NCBI GenBank assembly: GCA_038214755.1
Contig: JBBQRQ010000100.1
Coordinates: forward strand, 1-19,018
DNA from: Verrucomicrobiota bacterium
GTDB lineage: Bacteria; Verrucomicrobiota; Verrucomicrobiia; Limisphaerales; CANJXF01
Direction of reading: 5' to 3'
Length of the DNA stretch: 19,018 nucleotides
Shown piece by piece: positions 17,001 to 19,018 of this stretch; positions within the stretch are counted from its first letter, which is position 1, and every line of letters starts with the position of its first letter. The position numbers and the translations under genes were made by a program. A model generated the notes under the pieces. It was not told where the DNA came from. It searched no databases and saw only the letters and a list, made by a program, of their open reading frames with translations.

Positions 17001-19017
17001 TGTTCGTTTGGTTGTATTCGACACGCTCCCGGCTGCCGTCGGGATACTTTAGTTCAAGCACGCGTTTGTTGCCTGAATCCTGCGCCGTGAAGCTGGTCGT
17101 GCCATAAGGAGTGGTCAGCGAAACGATGAAATCCACCGAGGTGTCGTTTGTCACGCACGTGACGCTAGCCCCGTTGGTAGGACATGCGGCACAGAAGGTG
17201 GAACTATTGCTGACCACGAAGTAGGCGAACTGGGAAGGCAGGCCAATGACATCGGTCATCCCTTGAAGCCACAAATCGCGGACCGGGTTTGCGTTGATGA
17301 TCGGTTGTGGGCAGGCATTGGAAACGGTGTAATCCCAGGCGATGGTTACGGAAGAATAATTGAATGTGGCAAACCGGCCAAACGGGTCTGTCACCTTCGT
17401 AATTTTGTAAACATCGCTGCTGAGATCGTAGGCTAAAGTGGTGACTTGGCCGATTGCGTCGGTGAGCGCAACGATGCGCAGGTTGCCGTCGTACGTCAAA
17501 GTGACGGCGTTGCCTGCGGGGTCCCTGATTTGAGTGAGGAAAACTTTGCGCGACGTACCAATGGAACCATCCGGTCGGGCGAAGATTAGTTTCGAGCCGT
17601 CACCATAATTGAGTTCGTAACTGGCCGGGCCAGAGCGCTTGAGAATCGACTCATCGTACTGCTGGGACGCAAAGGACTGATTGTTGGTGTTAAAGCCAGT
17701 GAATAACCGCTCGCCCCCACCGGGCGGGTAAAACTTTACGTCCGCCAAAACGTTCGAGGGATTGTCCGTTACGTAAGAAATCCAGTCGCACGTCCATTTC
17801 GCGCCGAAGTTGGAGTAATTGAAATTGGCCGGCTGAAACGAATCGCGGTGGTTGTAGCTCATCCTCAAACGAATTGCCGGGCCCACCGGCGGCGTGTAGC
17901 CGAGCGGCTCGTCGTCCATGTGGAGGTTCACATTCATGAGGTGGATCGAAGGAACTGCCATGCCGCGACAAACCCCGCCGGAGGTCTTCAAATCATTCTT
18001 GCAAATATTTCTGCCGTCATTGCCTGAAGTCTGCCCCTTGCCCCAAACGCTGCCGCCTTCCTTTTCATCAACACTCCGCCAACCTTCCGGCAGCGGGCCG
18101 GGAGGAATCAGGAAGTAACCGCTCGTCTCGGCTTCGAGCGCCTCCGTCGTGGCCCAAGTTTCATTCCCGAACGTCGGGTCTTGAAGCAGGTACAGGTTGC
18201 CTTCCTTGCGAACCAGCGCCGCGTAGTGGCCCACCTTCCAGTGGACCACCGAAGGCACAACGAATGCACCCCTCACCCCGCTCCTCTCCCCTCCAAGGGG
18301 GGAGGGAGAAGAGCGGAATGCCATCTGATAATTCAGGCCGACTTTTTTCGAGAGTTCCGTCACCTGCGGCAGCGAGAAACCCTTCTGCGTCGAAGACGAA
18401 TTGAAAATCTCGGCCGGAAGCGGGGTTTTGGGATTGAGCGAAACCTGAATGCACCGCAATGCCAGCGGCCCGCAGCGAAAAGAAATCTCCGGCTTGTTCT
18501 GCATGTTCCAAAGCCCCTCCCGCGCGCCCGTGATTCTCTCCGTCGCCGCGCCAACGAAGCCCCGGCTCTCAACTGATTTCAACAGCGCCTCCAATTCCGT
18601 CATCCGACCCAGCCGCGCATACATGAACGCCAATTCGCCCCCCGCCCGGTCCGCGATGGCTTTCCCCTTTGCGTCCGTGGCGTCCTTTGCGTGAGACCAA
18701 GCCTTGTCCCAAGCCTCCAATGCGAGCGAGTAATGCGCGGTATTGTAATATTCGAGGCCGAGGTCGGTGAGCAGCGCCGCACGCCACGATGACTTGGGAT
18801 GCTTTTCCAAGAACCCCGTGAGGCTGGCGAAGTCATCCGGCCCGCTGCGTTTCGCGTAACCGAGCAGCGCGGCGGCCAGCGCCGAGTTTTCGTCCGCGCT
18901 CGGCTCGCCGCCAATCGGCACGAGCGGCTCTTCGAACACCCGCGCACGGAAAATCTCCTGCGTGGTCGGGCTGGCCGAGAATTCCAGCCCGGCCTTCGGC
19001 GGCGCAACGTTCGGGAC
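14068..19017 (-). CDS. RHS/YD-repeat protein with TPR-like region and peptidase C39-like N-terminal domain, 5'-partial
   Basis: The frame is open to the window end (VPNVAPPKAGLEFSASPTTQEIFRARVFEEP...). Helical TPR-like region, then C39-like CGPLAL / HWKVGHY / QDP. Many YD repeats follow. RHS core DHLGSIR...YDPFG...GRWLSRDP...NLYAYVGNEPVNRVDPLGL, then a 162-aa tip. Confidence 0.92.
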   Translation of the reverse strand, partial: VPNVAPPKAGLEFSASPTTQEIFRARVFEEPLVPIGGEPSADENSALAAALLGYAKRSGPDDFASLTGFLEKHPKSSWRAALLTDLGLEYYNTAHYSLALEAWDKAWSHAKDATDAKGKAIADRAGGELAFMYARLGRMTELEALLKSVESRGFVGAATERITGAREGLWNMQNKPEISFRCGPLALRCIQVSLNPKTPLPAEIFNSSSTQKGFSLPQVTELSKKVGLNYQMAFRSSPSPLGGERSGVRGAFVVPSVVHWKVGHYAALVRKEGNLYLLQDPTFGNETWATTEALEAETSGYFLIPPGPLPEGWRSVDEKEGGSVWGKGQTSGNDGRNICKNDLKTSGGVCRGMAVPSIHLMNVNLHMDDEPLGYTPPVGPAIRLRMSYNHRDSFQPANFNYSNFGAKWTCDWISYVTDNPSNVLADVKFYPPGGGERLFTGFNTNNQSFASQQYDESILKRSGPASYELNYGDGSKLIFARPDGSIGTSRKVFLTQIRDPAGNAVTLTYDGNLRIVALTDAIGQVTTLAYDLSSDVYKITKVTDPFGRFATFNYSSVTIAWDYTVSNACPQPIINANPVRDLWLQGMTDVIGLPSQFAYFVVSNSSTFCAACPTNGASVTCVTNDTSVDFIVSLTTPYGTTSFTAQDSGNKRVLELKYPDGSRERVEYNQTNNVPLSDPVPDLPLGMSTHNDFLRFRNTYYWSRTACALGYGDISKARLYHWLHTESLSTTAGALESTKAPLEGRVWYDYAGQSDSVVIAPNTRPAHMGRVLDDGSTQLSSFAYNSFGRLTNSIDPLGRSLSFIHSTNGIDLLEVRQTRAGNNELLTKLTYNSQHRPLTMTDASGQTTMFTYNSRGQMLTRTNPKNETTSLTYETNGYLVRVDGRLSGTNDTDTFTHDAVGRIRTITDLNGYTLTLDYDDMDRLTRVTYPDSTFSQYTYDRLDLVAFQDRANRQTLMEHDRMRQVTKRTDPLGRPTLFEWCSCGDLKSLTDPMGRTTTWNKDVQGRLISKQYGDGSQFNYFYENTTSRLRKVVDEKQQATLFVYNRDDSLKSVAYPNATVPTPGVSFTYDSDYQRVLSMTDGTGTTLFSYNLITGAPGLGAGNLASADGPLPNDTITYSYDELGRRVSRTINGVAMSNGYDAAGRLISQTNALGLFKYSYDGGSWRVLTNSFPNGQTASGIYGDNAHDRSLQQITYKVGATPISQFTYGRDIPAGHITSWSQRVGAQPPSVFTFGYDAVDQLLSANVTNSGALINTFAYAYDPAGNRLTEQAGSSNYTATFNALNQINTTTAPGASRTNEWDALNRLVAVNVGNQRTEFTYDGRSRMVAIRKLVNGSEVSRRRFVWCGGRICEERDASGANVSKRFYAQGVKVESGPTAGAYFYTRDHLGSIRELTDSDGNVRARYAYDPFGRRTKISGDVDADFGFAGMFFSTEASLALTHFRAYEPELGRWLSRDPLGGAEVTQGPNLYAYVGNEPVNRVDPLGLCTGSSLCACVANPANAAACAEAGILTEKVAESPAGQQAIQAVENGLESCGAALESLPAEAPALQRFATSAVQSFPRLLGRIQAIKERIPAVENLRQQYLSDPGNIEFSDTFATWTRGNWFEVYGKAPQLWVEVEVAFNEVAAEIGSRDELIELFQGFDPSKL
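18269..18313. repeat. Single 'cctcacccc..cctctccc..gggagaa' REP-like unit in-frame in the RHS gene (SSPSPLGGERSGVRG)
   Basis: cctcaccccgctcctctcccctccaa(g-run)agggagaa is a variant of the arm at 1140-1175 (cctcaccccggccctctcctccgaggagagggagaa). Confidence 0.8.
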
Positions 19018-19018
19018 G

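Noticed and set aside
17160..17200. CAAC in the RHS insert as a heme-binding site
   Set aside because: The sequence is CAACP, which lacks the His required for CxxCH.

Overview
A 19-kb bacterial window, probably Verrucomicrobiota/PVC. That assignment is an inference from a PVC-type CxxCH protein, C-terminal 'F[FY]RVR' domains and the palindromic repeat families. Left to right it holds: (1) the bulk of an exported protein with a C-terminal 'FFRVR' domain; (2) an intergenic cluster of REP-like palindromes; (3) a ~1690-aa fusion of ceramidase-like, PVC-type dehydrogenase propeller, HEAT and cytochrome c domains, carrying three different in-frame palindromic DNA elements; (4) an astacin (M12A) metallopeptidase with six 46-aa repeats, coupled to a YbaY-like gene; (5) a small gene plus a truncated nucleotidyltransferase; (6) a sodium:solute symporter; (7) a minus-strand pair. 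The pair is a C39-peptidase/RHS protein with an unrecognised C-terminal tip, followed directly by a large adhesin-like protein whose mature N-terminus resembles one YD repeat, with no immunity gene between them. The best candidates for new biology are this C39-RHS/adhesin pair and the REP-like elements inserted in-frame in coding sequences. All family calls come from motif recognition by eye; no searches were run.
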